Shown: positions 11,688-24,019 of the stretch, piece after piece
Layout of the letters: the number at the start of each line of letters is the position of its first letter
Position numbering within the stretch: position 1 is the first letter of the stretch
Origin: Malacoraja senta
Taxonomy: Eukaryota
Reading direction: 5' to 3'
Assembly (NCBI GenBank): GCA_038087875.1
Contig: CM075989.1
Coordinates: forward strand, 4,340,001 to 4,404,000
DNA: 64,000 bases
Program-made: the position numbers and the translations under genes
The notes under the pieces: generated by a model
The model's database searches: none
What the model was told of the DNA's origin: nothing
What the model saw: the letters and a program-made list of their open reading frames with translations, nothing else

Positions 11688-12734
11688 GAACATTGGACCT
11701 TGTGAGATAACCAGTTCCAGAGGATAAAGTTTAAATCAATCATTGTTAAGCAAAAGTTATGGTCATAAGTGAAGATTCATAAAAAAGGGTTTATAGATTT
11801 TTGGCGAAATTTTACATCATTCAGTCTGTGAGTCCATATCAGTTCAATTAACAACCAGTGAGATTAACTACAAGGAACAAAGTGACTTGAATTTTAAGCT
11901 TGTCACTTAACAGCGATGCATATTTATCAACAGAGTGCGAAAAATAATAGTATCCTCCGATCAGAATGTCATCAGCAGGCAGCTGGAAACAATGGATGTC
12001 AGCGCTGAGACATAGATAATGTATGAATAAGTTCAAGTTCAGGTTCAAGTTTCAAGTTTGTGTTTCTTGTCACTTAACTAAGGTACAGTGAAATTTGAGT
12101 TACCATACAACCATACTAAATGAAAAGCAACGATACCATTTAACACAATTTAACATAGACATCCACCACAGTGGAATCCACATTCCTCACTGTGATGGAA
12201 GACAATAAAGTTTAGTCATCTTCCTCCTTTGTTCATCCTTGGTGGTTGGGGGCTTTGATCCCTCAGCAGTCGCCGCTGCCGACAGTCCGATGTCTGACGG
12301 CCTCACGTCGGGATGATGGAAAGTCCGGCGTCGGGACGGATTGGAGCACCAAAGTCGGCCTCTTCTTACCGGAGACCGTGGCTTCATGGTGTGAAAATCC
12401 ACGGTCGGTAAGTCCGCGATGGTAAGTCCGCGCCGCCCCCCGCAGCTTGAAGCTCCGAGCCAGGTCTCCAGGAAAGGCCGCACCAATCCAAGTTGTTAGG
12501 CCGCAAATGTGTATTCTGATGGAGATACTATGACAATACAACAACAATTATTGGAGTAACTCAACGGGTCAGGCGGCATCTGTGGAGGGAACGGACAGAT
12601 GAATGTTTGGGTCAGCACTTTTCTTCACACAGATATTACCACTGGTTTTATTCCAGCAAAGAATAAAAAAGAAACTCAGAAAAATGGAAAAGAGGGACTT
12701 TGATTCGAATTCATGATTCAAGTCAACAATGTTG

Positions 12735-12985
12735 CGGGGCGGCAAGGTGACGCAGCGGTAGAGTTGCTGCCTTACAGCGCCAGAGACCCAGGCTCGATCC
12801 TGAGTACGGGTGCTGTCTGTACGGAGTTTGTACGTTCTCTCCGTGACGTCTGGGTTTTCCCCGGGTCTTCTGGTTTCTTCACACACTCAAAAGACGTACA
12901 GCTATGTAGATTAATTTTGCTTTGATAAAAATTGTAAATTGTTCCTAATGTGTAGGATAGTGTTAGAGTACAGGGATTGCTGGTT
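12735..12985 (+). mobile_element. HE1-like SINE (3'-truncated by a Penelope fragment)
   Basis: Family consensus up to GGATTGCTGGTTGGC. Confidence 0.85.
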
Positions 12986-13932
12986 GGCAGACTGGGCAAC
13001 CATTTCCTTGAACACCTACACTCAGTCCGCCTTGGCCTACGCGATCTCCCAGTTGCCAAACATTTAAACTTTGACTCCTTTCCCATTTCTTTACTGACCT
13101 TTCTGTTTGTTAAGATTGTTAAGGGCTTGGACACGCTAGAGGCAGGAAACATGTTCCCGATGTTGGGGGAGTCCAGAACCAGGGGCCACAGTTTAAGAAT
13201 AAGGAGTAAGCCATTTAGAACAGAGACGAGGAAACACTTTTTCTCACAGAGAGTGGAGAGTCTGTGGCATTCTCTGCCTCAGAGAGCGGTGGAGGCAGGT
13301 TCTCTGGATGCTTTCAAGAGAGATCTAGATAGGGCTCTTAAAAATAGCGGAGTCAGGGGATATGGGAAGGCAGGAATGGGGTACTGATTGGGGATGATCA
13401 GCCATGATCACATTGAATGGCGGTGCTGGCTGGAAGGGCCGAATGGCCTACTCCTGCACCTATTGTCTATTGTCTATTATCCTGGGCCTCCTCCATTGTC
13501 AGTGAGGCGAAACACAAATTGGAGGAACAGCGCCTCATATTTCACTTGGGCAGCTTAAAACCCAGCGGCATGAATATTAATTTCTCTAATATCAATTAAC
13601 CCTTGCATTCCCTCTCTCTCCATCGTTCCCCACCCTAGTCCTCTTACTAATTTCACCATTTGTACCCCTTCATTATCACCTCGTCCCCAGCCAACATTGG
13701 ACCATTGTGGGCTCTATTGTTGGCTTTCCCGAGCCATCGGTGCAGACCGCTTTGCTCTGTACCTTCCCATACCTCTAGTTTCCCTCTCCCTGGCTCTCAG
13801 TCTGAAGAAAAGTCTTGACCCGAAATGCCACCTATTCCTTTTCTCCAGAGATGCTGCCTGACCCACTGAGTTACTCCAGCACTTTGTGTCTATCTTCGGT
13901 GTAAACTATCGTCTGCAGTTCCTTCCGACACA
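12986..13932 (+). mobile_element. Penelope-like element 3' part (GIY-YIG C-terminus plus pLTR) with CR1 fragment nested at ~13110-13478
   Basis: RLGNHFLEHLHSVR...DLPVAKHLN, then KHKLEEQRLIFHLGSLKPSGMNINFSN. pLTR with a degenerate hammerhead at 13802-13830. Confidence 0.88.
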
Positions 13933-14594
13933 AATAGAGGCTTTGCAGTTTTGTTGCCCTTCTCGCTAATGAGTAATGACAACCCCATTAGAAATAACTC
14001 AATGTTGGTCGCAAGAAAAACAGAACAATGAAGCCCAAAAAAAAAGCTTTTAAATCGTGAGGCCTGTGGCCATTATGAGAAGGCACTGAAACTCTCAATT
14101 GCCACTCTGTCTTTCCTTCAACACTTTCCCCACACTCTGCTCCTGGCTGGGACTATGTGTGTGACTATGTGTGTGACTGGTCTACACCATAAATAACCAG
14201 GCTTTTTGTTTGACCACTAATTTGCAGCAACTTCAGACACTGTCTCCTTCCCCCACATTGTACTTGTTCAATTCTGCTCATATGGCAGGACCAGGAATGG
14301 TGTGACCGCTCAGGCAGTGTTTGAAAAGTGTCCGACGTGTAAAGAAATTCTAACAGAATGATTTAACTGGAGAGTTGGCTTGAGAATATATCTTCTATTT
14401 ACTGTTAACTCCCCATTAGGCAGCAATAGGACCCAGAGACATTCAGCTCATTTCACAAAATACTCACACAACAGCAAAGACAATCTTTGTGAATCTAATA
14501 TAAATAATGGTTGGCGTTAAGTTTGTTATAAAGGGGAAATACTCATCTCAAATAGGGGTAGTTTCAGGGAACAAAAAGATTTGCAAGATTGGCC

Positions 14595-14920
14595 TGCACT
14601 GTGGCGCAGCGGTAGAGTTGCTGCCTGACAGCACCAGAGACCTGGGCTCGATCCTGCCTCTGGGTGCTGTCTGTACAGAGTTGGTACGTTCTACCCGTCA
14701 CCTGCGTAGGTTTTCTATGGGTTTTCTATGGGAGCTCCCGTTTCCTCCCACACTCCAAAGACGTACAGGTTTGTAGATTAATTGGCTTGGTAAAACTGTA
14801 AATTGTCCCTAGTGTGTGTAGGATAGTGTTAGTGTGCGGGGATCACCGGTCGGTGCGGACGCGGTGGACCGAAGGGCCTGTTTCCTTGCTGTTTCTCTAA
14901 ACTAAACTAAACTGAACTAG
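14595..14920 (+). mobile_element. HE1-like SINE
   Basis: Family consensus with (CTAAA)n tail. Confidence 0.9.
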
Positions 14921-14994
14921 ATGTAAATTATGTCGAAATTCTTCCAAGTACCAATGGAAATAAAACATCTGGGTTAAAGAAATTATCACAAAAG

Positions 14995-16678
14995 CAATTT
15001 TCCTTCTGCAATTGCTATACCTCTTTCAATCAATCCGGATATATCTCCCAGAAAATGTCTTTAAAAAAGTTGATTCTATTGTGACAAGTTTTATTTGGGA
15101 TTATAAGAATCACAGAATAAGCAAAAAACACCTATGTAAACCCAAGACCAAAGGAGGATTCGTTTTACCAAACTTTTTATTTTATTTTTGGGCAGTCAAT
15201 GTCAAAAATATGAATTTTTGGTTGGAAGATATGGATCAACAACCAGACTGGTTAAAGATGGAAAAGGAAGATTGTTTGCCTTTTGAAATTGGTCCGATCC
15301 TGTTAGCTCCTACAAAACTGAATTAAAAAATCTATAGTGAAAACCCTATAATATATAGTGGAATTCGAATTTGGAAACTATTAAAAAAGTCATTAAAATT
15401 GGATAATTTATCATTTTCTCTCCCCATTGCAAATAATCCTTCATTTAAACCCTCAGTGTTGGATAAAGGTTTTGTACAATGGAAAAATCATGGAATTAAA
15501 AAGATGCGACATCTTTATAGAAATGGTATTTTTCTTTCATTTCAGGAACTACAACAGAATTATGGATTACATTCAAATATTTTTTTTAGATACTTACAAC
15601 TTAAAGATTATGTTAAATCACATACACAAGAATACAGAACTAGAGAACCAGAGATTCTAGATGAATGTTTGAATAAACACCCTAATACAGATAAATTAAT
15701 ATCTTATATTTATAATATTCTTTTAGACAGTGAGACTCCGTCGACGGAATTATATAGATTAGCATGGGAAAAGGAATTAGCCCAACCTATAACAAAAGAT
15801 ATTTGGGATGAAAGTTTACAACATATACATCAATGTTCATTAAATGCCAGACACTCTTTAATACAATTTAAAGTACTACATAGATTGCATTATTCAAAAA
15901 CAAAATTAAATAGAATCTTTCCTAATATCTCTCCTATTTGTGATAAATGCCAATACTCATCGGCTAATTTAACCCATACTTTTGTAAATTGTATAAAAAT
16001 TAAAAATTATTGGATGGATATTTTTAAAATAATCTCTGTAGTTGTTAATACTCAACTGGATCCCGATTCTAAATTAATAATATTGGGCATGTCAGAACAA
16101 TACCTAAAACTTACAACAAACCAAAGAAATTTCCTTGACTACAGCATAATAATTGGGAAAAAATTAATATTAAAATTTTGGAAAAACCCTGCAACCCCCA
16201 CAATTAGGATGTGGATTATGGAGATGTCGGAGACATTATATTTGGAAAAAATTAGATATGTCTTAATTGACAAACCAGAATTATTTACTAAAATATGGTC
16301 TCCATTTATAGATTATCTGAAGGGGTAGACTGGTCCGGCACGGAGGCCTGACTGAAACCTGAACCCAGGACTGGATGAATAGTTACGTTTTCTGACCTAT
16401 GGACCTTTCTCCTAAGTTGTATTATTGATAGTTTATCTTACTTTATTAATTTCTTCTTTTTATTTCTTTATTTTTATTATCTATAAATATAAATAAATAA
16501 TTAGAGGCAACGTTAATATGTAACCGATAAAGGAGGACCCCAGCTACTTTGGTAACTGGGTATCCGGAACCCTGGATACTTAATATGTAATCGTTATACA
16601 AAGTTTGTAATGGGTTGGACTAAGATATGCAGATACCTTTAATAAAAAATTACAATTAAAAAAAATAATAATAATAAT
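14995..16678 (+). mobile_element. 5'-truncated L1 (LINE-1) with 14-bp TSD
   Basis: ORF2 C-terminus in 15012-15326 and 15399-16328 (FKVLHRLHYS, CDKC...HTFVNC), AATAAA and A/TAA tail. TSD AATTATCACAAAAG at 14981-14994 and 16679-16692. Confidence 0.93.
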
Positions 16679-16701
16679 AATTATCACAAAAGAGTTGCTA
16701 A

Positions 16702-16935
16702 AGGGCCTGTCCCACTTGGCCGTCATTTGCGCGTAATTAAGCGACATCATTTACGCGTCACGACGCACGACGCGCGCGTCGTGACATGCGCATGGTGAGC
16801 ATTATGTGCGCATGGAGCGTGGTGACATTGGTAGTGACGCGCGGTCGCGCGCGGCATCCCAGGATTTTGGGATGTACAAAATCTTCACGCGCCATTTACG
16901 TGACGCGCAAATGATGGCCAAGTGGGACAGGCCCT
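16702..16935. mobile_element. PIF/Harbinger-like MITE
   Basis: TIR AGGGCCTGTCCCACTTGGCC; near-palindromic; flanks TAA/TTA. Confidence 0.85.
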
Positions 16936-16964
16936 TTACTTACTTTATCACAGTCGGGGCAAAA

Positions 16965-17255
16965 GTAGTGGCACAGTGGCACAGCTAGTAGAACTGCTGC
17001 CCCTCAGCACCAGAGAACCACGTTCGATCCTGACCTCGGGTGCTGTCTGTGTGGAGTTGGCATGCTCTCCCAGTGACTGTCGATTTTCTCTGGGTGCTCC
17101 GATTTCCTCCCACATCCACAAGATGTGCGAGTTTGTAGGTCAATTGGCCTCTGTAAATTGCTCCTAGTGTTGGTGCAAGACTGGGATAACAGAGAACATG
17201 TGTAACAATGGTCAGGATGGATGGTTGACCAAAGAGCCTGTTTCCATGCTGAATA
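16965..17255 (+). mobile_element. HE1-like SINE (diverged)
   Basis: tRNA-like head and family body. Confidence 0.8.
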
Positions 17256-17308
17256 TTTCAATCACTCAATGAAACACAGAGTGAGAGCTGATACCCAGGT
17301 ATGGTACA

Positions 17309-17539
17309 TGTAGGAATGAACTGCATGCAGATGCTGGTTTAAACCGAAGATAGACACAAAATGCTGGAGTAGCTCAGCGGGACAGGCAGCATCTCTGGAG
17401 AGGCAGCATCTCTGGAGAGATGTTTTACGTTGAGACACTTCTTCAGACTGAAGGAAGGTCTCGACCCTAAACGTCACCCATTCCTTCGCTCCAGAGATGC
17501 TGCCTGTCCCGCTAAATTACTCCAGCATTTTGTGTGTAT
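17309..17539. mobile_element. Penelope pLTR/hammerhead inverted-dimer element
   Basis: Inverted arms; TSD CCCAGRTATGGTACA at 17294-17308 / 17540-17554. Confidence 0.85.
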
Positions 17540-17914
17540 CCCAGATATGGTACACACTGCAGATGGCCCTATTTTCATTAGGCCTTCCACTGTAACCTGC
17601 TCTTTCACAGAACCTGAAGCTGCAGAATTTGTCTCCATATAAAATGTATACAAACCTTCTTCACATTGAAATATAAATGAATTGGAAACACATTATATAC
17701 ACATTATGTGCTGTGTCTACTTTAAATGAGCACCAGTCATCCAGAAACCACAAAGTTCATTCCTGCAGGGCATAGAACGATAGTGGGACATCACTTTCTT
17801 GGCTTACTTCTCTTCTTTAATCCTTAAGACTTAAAAAATAATCTTAGCATAAAATAAGTTAGTCAATCACCACATCTTTCTTCCGATTCTCAAAAGATGA
17901 GGTGATAGAGACTA

Positions 17915-18170
17915 ACTTACTTTAAGGTGAGAGGGGAAAGATTTAATACGAACCAGAGGAATAACACAAAGGGTGGTGGGTATATGAAACGAGCTGCCGG
18001 AGGAGGTAGTTGAAGCAGATACTAAGGCACGTTTAAGAAACATTTAGACAGGTACATGGAAAGGAGGTTTAGAGGGATATGAACTAAACATAGGCAGATG
18101 GGACTAGTGTAAATGGGGCATGTTGTTCGGTGTGGGCAAGTTAGGCCAAAGTTTTCACGCTGTATGGCTA
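17915..18170 (+). mobile_element. CR1 3' fragment
   Basis: TTTAAGGTGAGAGGGGAAAGATTTAA...GGGCAAGTTAGGCC. Confidence 0.8.
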
Positions 18171-18285
18171 TAAGAAATGTGCCTTGCGCTGTGAACCTTT
18201 AGCTTTCAGCTGGACAAATCTCATGAAAATAATTTCAAGCAAATATCTACAGATCAAGTCAAGAGTGTTTAATTGCAACATGTTC

Positions 18286-18868
18286 AGGGGCTGTCCCACT
18301 TGGGCGACCTAATTGCCAAGTTTAGAAGAGTTTGAAAAAATGACATGTTGAAGACCTCCTTCGACTATGGAGAAGACCTCCTTCGACCTCCTTCGACTAT
18401 GTTGAAGACCAGCTTCGACTAGCTACGACTAGCTACGACTAACTTCGGGAAAATTGGACACCGAATAGTGGAAAGTGAAGACGACCTCCTTCGATCTCCT
18501 TCGACCTCCCTTCGACCTCCCTTCGACTATGATGAAGACTATCAACGACTATCTACGACTACCTTCGACTACCCTCGATTACCTACGACTAACGTGCCGA
18601 CCTACTACGACCTACTACGACTAAACCTACGAGTAAAAAAAGTATCGATTTTTTCCATGGCGACCTTTTTTTACTCGCGGGCATTTTTTAACATATTGAA
18701 AAAAACGCCGTGACCTAGCTGAGGCCCCGAGAACGCGGGGACCACTCTCGAGCATGAAGGAGAGTTACGAAGACCTCCTTTGACCTCGTGTCGACCATGC
18801 TGCGAGTATGAGTCGAGGGCAAACTCGCCAGAACTCACGGATTAGGTCGCCCAAGTGAGACAGGCCCT
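18286..18868. mobile_element. PIF/Harbinger-like MITE with CTACGA/CTTCGA repeats
   Basis: TIRs AGGGGCTGTCCCACTTGGGCGACCTAAT / ATTAGGTCGCCCAAGTGAGACAGGCCCT. Same family as 54689-55150. Confidence 0.85.
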
Positions 18869-18959
18869 TAACGACAACAGAACAATGACATTCAGACTTG
18901 CTGCAGCATTACGAGCCCTTAAACGCAATAACACCCAGATAATACTGTATAATAACGTG

Positions 18960-19950
18960 GAACAGTACAGCATGGGAACAGGCCCTTCAGCCCACAATGT
19001 CCGTGCTGAACATGATGCCAGTCTAAACTAATCTCCCCTGCAGGCAGGTAATCAATATCCCTGCATTCCCTGCATATCCATGTGCCTATTCCAAAAGCCT
19101 CTTGAAAACCACCATCAAATCTCCCTCCACCACTACCGCTGGCAACACATTCCAGACACACACCACTCTCTGCCTAGAAACTTTTACCCCTCCTATCTTA
19201 AAGCTATGCCCTCATGTCTTCGACATCTCCACCCCAGGAAAGTGTTCTGATCGTCTACTTTGTCTGTGCCGCTCATAATAGATGTCTCCCCTCAGACTTC
19301 CAATGCTCCAGGAAAAATAATCCAAGTTTGTCCAACCTCTCTTTACACCTATTAACCTCTAATCCAAGCAGCATTATGATAACGCCCCTCTGTACCCTTT
19401 CCAAAGCCTCCACATCCTTCCTGTAGGATGCACGCAGGAACTGTGTGCATCCAATACACAGAACTGCACACAATACACCAAATGTGGCCTGACCAATGTC
19501 CTATAAAGCTGCATCATAACTCCCTGAGTCCATGCCTCAACCGTGGCACTGCGCAGCATTAGTTCATGTTCATAAGTAAAGGAGCAGAATTTGTCCATTC
19601 AGCCCATCGAGTCTACTCTGCCATTCAATCATGGCTGATCTATCTTTCCCTCTCAACCTCATTCTCATGCCTGCTCCCCATTACCTTTGACACCCTTACT
19701 GATCAAGAGCACGTCAATCTTCATTTTATAAATACCCAATGTCTTTACCTCCAGAGCCGTCTGTGGCAATGAATTCCACAGATTCACCACCCTCGAACTA
19801 AAGACATTCCTCCTCATCTCCTTTCTAAAGGCATATCCTTTCATTCTGAGGCTGTGCCCTCTGGTCCTAAACTCTCCCACTAGTGGAAACATCCTCTCCA
19901 CAGCCACTCTATCCAGGCCTATCACTGTTTGGTAAGTTTCAATGAGCCCC
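18960..19950 (-). mobile_element. Two adjacent CR1 3' fragments
   Basis: ORFs 19273-19473 and 19665-19925 (YRKDVEALERVQR; RTRGHSLR...VVNLWNSLP). Confidence 0.85.
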
Positions 19951-20150
19951 CCCCCCCCTCATCCAACTAAACTCCAGGCATCTTTCTAAACCTTACATGC
20001 GCTTCCATTTTCCTATTAATGAAAGTTACAACCTCTTTGGTCATTCAAGGTGCCCTAACCTTGCCATCCCTATCCTTCCTTCTTACTGGAACTTACTGGT
20101 CTTAACTTCAGATCAGCTGGACTTTAAAAGTCTCCCACGTGTCAGATGTG

Positions 20151-20371
20151 TAGGAAGGAACTGCAGATGCTGGTTTAAACTGAAGATAGACACAAAAAAC
20201 TGGAGTAACTCAGCGGAACAGGCAGCATCTCTGGGGAAACGGAACAGGTGGCGTTTCAGGTTGAGACCCTTCTTCAGGTCTGATGAAGAGTCTCAAACTG
20301 AAACGTCGCCTATTCCTTTTCTCCAGAGATGCTGCCTGTCCTGCTGAGTTACTCCAGCTTTTTGTGTCTAT
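20151..20371. mobile_element. Penelope pLTR/hammerhead inverted-dimer element
   Basis: Inverted arms meeting at ~20278; 17-bp imperfect TSD at 20134-20150 / 20372-20388. Confidence 0.85.
20276..20311 (+). ncRNA. Minimal hammerhead ribozyme motif with canonical CUGAUGA core
   Basis: AGGU-CUGAUGA-agAGUcucaaACU-GAAACGUC-GCCU; 4-bp stem I possible. Confidence 0.62.
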
Positions 20372-20411
20372 CCCTCATATCAGATGTGGATGTACCCATG
20401 GCGGATTGAAT

Positions 20412-20580
20412 GCCTTGAAGAGCTAGATAGAGCTCTTAAAGATAGCGGAGTCAGGGGATATGGGGAGAAGGCAGGAACGGGGTACTGATTGGGGATGATC
20501 AGCCATGATCACATTGAATGGCGGTGCTGGCTCGAAGGGCCAAATGGCCTACTCCTGCACCTATTGTCTATTGTCTATTG
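20412..20580 (+). mobile_element. CR1 extreme 3' fragment
   Basis: 3' stem-loop and (TTGTCTA)n tail. Confidence 0.85.
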
Positions 20581-20899
20581 CCTTCCGCCAGGGTCCAGAC
20601 ATCCTAATTTATAAGTATTTCAAAACAAATCAAAAATACAATCAACTAATAACCATAATGCAAGATAACCCTAATAGTGCACAATCCAAGTCCGCAGTGC
20701 AACGTAAGACGCAGTCCAAAGATGATCACAGTTTCTGAAGTTGATGTTTTGTAGTCTTCAGGGCATGGTGGCTATTGAGAAGAAGCTGTTTTAGATGCTG
20801 GTAGTCACAGTTTTCAGGCTCCTGCACCTTCTTTCTGATGATAGTAGCGAGATGAGAGTGTGGCCAGTTTGATATGGGTCTTTTCTGAGGCATGTTCAT

Positions 20900-21212
20900 T
20901 TTCATAAGATTTAGGAGCAATATTGGGCCATTTGGCCCATCAAGTCTACTCCGCCATTCTATGGTTCCCACTCAACCACATTTACCTGCCTTCTCCCTAT
21001 CAATCTCTACTTAAAAATATCCATTGACTTGGCATCCAAAGCCTTCCGTGGCAATGAATTCCACAGATTCACCACCCTACAACTGAAGACATTCTTCCTC
21101 ATCTCCTTTCTAAAGGTACATCCTTTTATTCTGAGGCTATGGCCTCTGGTTAAAGACTCTTCCACTGGTGGAAACATCCTCTCCACATCCACTCTATCCA
21201 GGCCTTTCACTA
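20900..21212 (-). mobile_element. CR1 3' fragment nested in a Rex1-type remnant (~20700-21555)
   Basis: ORF 21007-21210; flanks resemble the Rex1 copy at 48642-49610. Confidence 0.8.
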
Positions 21213-21846
21213 TAAAACCTGTCGATTGTGGGGAGGTCAGTACCTCTGATGGACCAGGCAGCGTCTACCACTCTGTTGTTTCCTGGGCCAGGCTGTGACG
21301 TAACCAGTGAGTATGCTCTCTATCGTACACCTGTAGAAGGTTGCTGACATACTGAATCTCCGCAATGGAGGCATTGGTGAGCTTTCCTCGTGATTGCTTT
21401 GGTGTACTGGGCCCAGGACAGATCTTCTAAGATATCCATGCCCAGGAATTGGAGGCCGCTGCCTCTCTCTACTGCTGTCCCATTGATGAAGACAGGTTCG
21501 TTCGGAGCAAGGTTATTGTTCTGGCAGCATTCAATTAGATTTTCAATCTCCCTCCTTTAATTTAAAATATTTAAATTATTAACTGAACATAATACCAAGC
21601 ATTCCATTTCCAGGTTTTCTATATTGGTAATACTTGGCAGGGATAACTGCAGCACAATTTTATGTAACTACATGTTTGTAATGAGTGCAATTCAAAACAA
21701 ATTTGTCCTGAGCTATCCTGAATGAGGTGTTTTATAAACACAATCATGCCTTTGTCTTACTCGCCACATAATATGCATACAATATTTTTTTCATATTCAC
21801 TGAATGAATTGGAAAAGCATTATATGCACATTAAGTCCCAGTACCT

Positions 21847-22053
21847 TAGATAGACAGAAAAAGCTGGAGTAATTCAGCAGGTCAGACAGCATCTCTGGAA
21901 AAAAGGAATAGGTGATGTTTCAGATTTCAAAAGGGTCTTGACCCGAAACGTCACCCATTCCTTTTCTCCGGAAATGCTGCTTGCCCACTGAGTTACTCCA
22001 GTTTTGTGTGTCTATCTTCGATTTAAACCAGCATCTGCAGTTCCTTCCTACAC
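21847..22053. mobile_element. Penelope pLTR inverted-dimer element
   Basis: Inverted arms; TSD at 21833-21846 / 22054-22067; empty paralogous site at ~17706-17718. Confidence 0.85.
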
Positions 22054-22124
22054 AAGTGCCTGTACCTACTTTAAGTGAGCACCAGTCATGCAAAACTGCA
22101 AAGTGCATTCTGGCAGGTTATACT

Positions 22125-22441
22125 TTAGACTTTATTTCGACTTTAGAGATGCAGCATGGAAACAGGCCCTTTGGCCCACCATGTTCGTGCCGACCAGCGA
22201 TCAAACCATACACTAGCTCTATCCTACAGACTCGAGACAATTTACAATTTACAGAAGCCAATTAATGTACAAACCTGTACGTATTTGGAGTGTGGTAGGA
22301 ACCTGGAGCACCCAGAGGAAACCCACAGGATCACAGGGAAAACGTGCAAACTCCGTCCAGACAGCAACTATCGTTAGGATCAAACCCGGGTCTCTGGTGC
22401 TGTCAGGCAGCAACTCTACCACTGCGCCACCATGCCGCCCC
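22125..22441 (-). mobile_element. HE1-like SINE
   Basis: Reverse family consensus. Confidence 0.88.
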
Positions 22442-22539
22442 TATAGAACAATGGTGGGACATCTTTGGTCTTCTCCTATGCTCAATACACATGTGTGCAG
22501 ATGCATGCAGTTGGGTTAAAAAGCATGTATTCACACACA

Positions 22540-22925
22540 CAAATATCTGATGGAAATCATTGAGCCCCCATTGACACCATCTACACCACACTGCCTCGGG
22601 AAAGTAGCCAAAATAAACAAAGACCGTTCCCGTGCCGGTCATCCCTTCTTCTCCCCGCTTCTCAAGCAGAAGATACAAAATCGTGAAACCAGACTCAGGA
22701 ACAACTTCTTCCCCTCTGTGATCAGGCTCCTGAACGATCCTTCCAAAAGTGAGGGTATTGTCCGAATCACCTTTACCTCATTACAAACATTGGGCTCTGC
22801 AACTGATGCACAGCAATGCTGAGAACTATATTCTGCATTCTGTATCCTTGCCTTCAGTCTACCTATCGTACTTGAGTTTGGTTTGATTGCAGTTATGTTT
22901 AGTATTATCTGACCCGATGAGGTGC
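22540..22925 (+). mobile_element. Rex1/Babar LINE 3' fragment
   Basis: CLGKVAKINKD...GHPFFSPL...RLRNNFFPSVIRLLN. Confidence 0.8.
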
Positions 22926-24019
22926 AAAACATTCGCTCTGCCTTGCCACCCGCGGCAAAAATTAACCTGAACCTAAGGGAGAGGAATCCTAAAATGACAC
23001 AAAGTGCTGGAGTAGCTCAGCAGGTTGGGCAGCATCTCTGGACAACGTTTGGGTCAGGACCCTTCTTCAGACTGATTGTCAGAGAAGAGAAGAAATCCCG
23101 AAGAGGGGAGAGACGGGACAAAGTGTGGCAGGTAATAGGTGGATGTTGGCGAGGTGGGTTATTGATAGGCAGATGGTTAGAACACAGGCCAGAGGTTAAA
23201 GGAATTCTGGCAGATGTACTGTGGGCACAGAGACCAACTTACCACCTCAACCACTACACAAAATGAGCAAACCTGCACACCATACAGCAGGAATCCGAAC
23301 TGAAGCCTTTTGCTGAGTTAGCTCCTATGTTTAATGAAACAGGGTGCATGTGATTCTGTGCAACAGAATTTGAAGATAAAGAATTAACTAGTAGAAATAA
23401 TAATGGAGATTGAACTAGTCCCACATGGGTGTTGAAAGGATTCGCAAGCATAATGGTTAAAGGATGGTATGATTCAAATGCTAGAGTTTTTAAAAATATT
23501 TGTAAAAACTGATTAGAGACCTTCTCGACCCAAAACGTTGCCTATTTCCTTCGCTCCATAGATGCTGCCTCACCCATTGAGTTTCCCCAGCATTTTTGTC
23601 TACCTTCGATTTTCCAGCATCTGCAGTTCCTTCTTAAACAGAGACCTGCATCATGATAGTTCATCATAGCTTGCCTAGTAAATGGGGAGCTAAAACGTAT
23701 ACTTGCCTTAGGAAGGGGAAAGTGAAATAAAAGCCAGTTCACAGTTCAGGAGAGCTTTCCACTAGATCTGACTGTCAAATAGAGGTGGACCTGACTGATG
23801 TGACCATGAAATGAGCACACAAAGTGCAGGAGGAACTCAGCAGATCAGGCAGCATCTGGGGAGGGAATGAATGGATAGGCGATGTTTCGGGTTAGGACCA
23901 TTCTTCAAGAGTCAATATTCTGGACTCTTGAACAAGAGTCAAGAATGTTTAATTTTTATAGGCAGCAACAACAGAACAATGAACAGACAGGATTGATTGG
24001 ACAAACGACAATATTGGTT

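Noticed and set aside
15399..16328. 309-aa ORF as a host gene
   Set aside because: It is an L1 ORF2 C-terminus with poly(A) tail and TSD.
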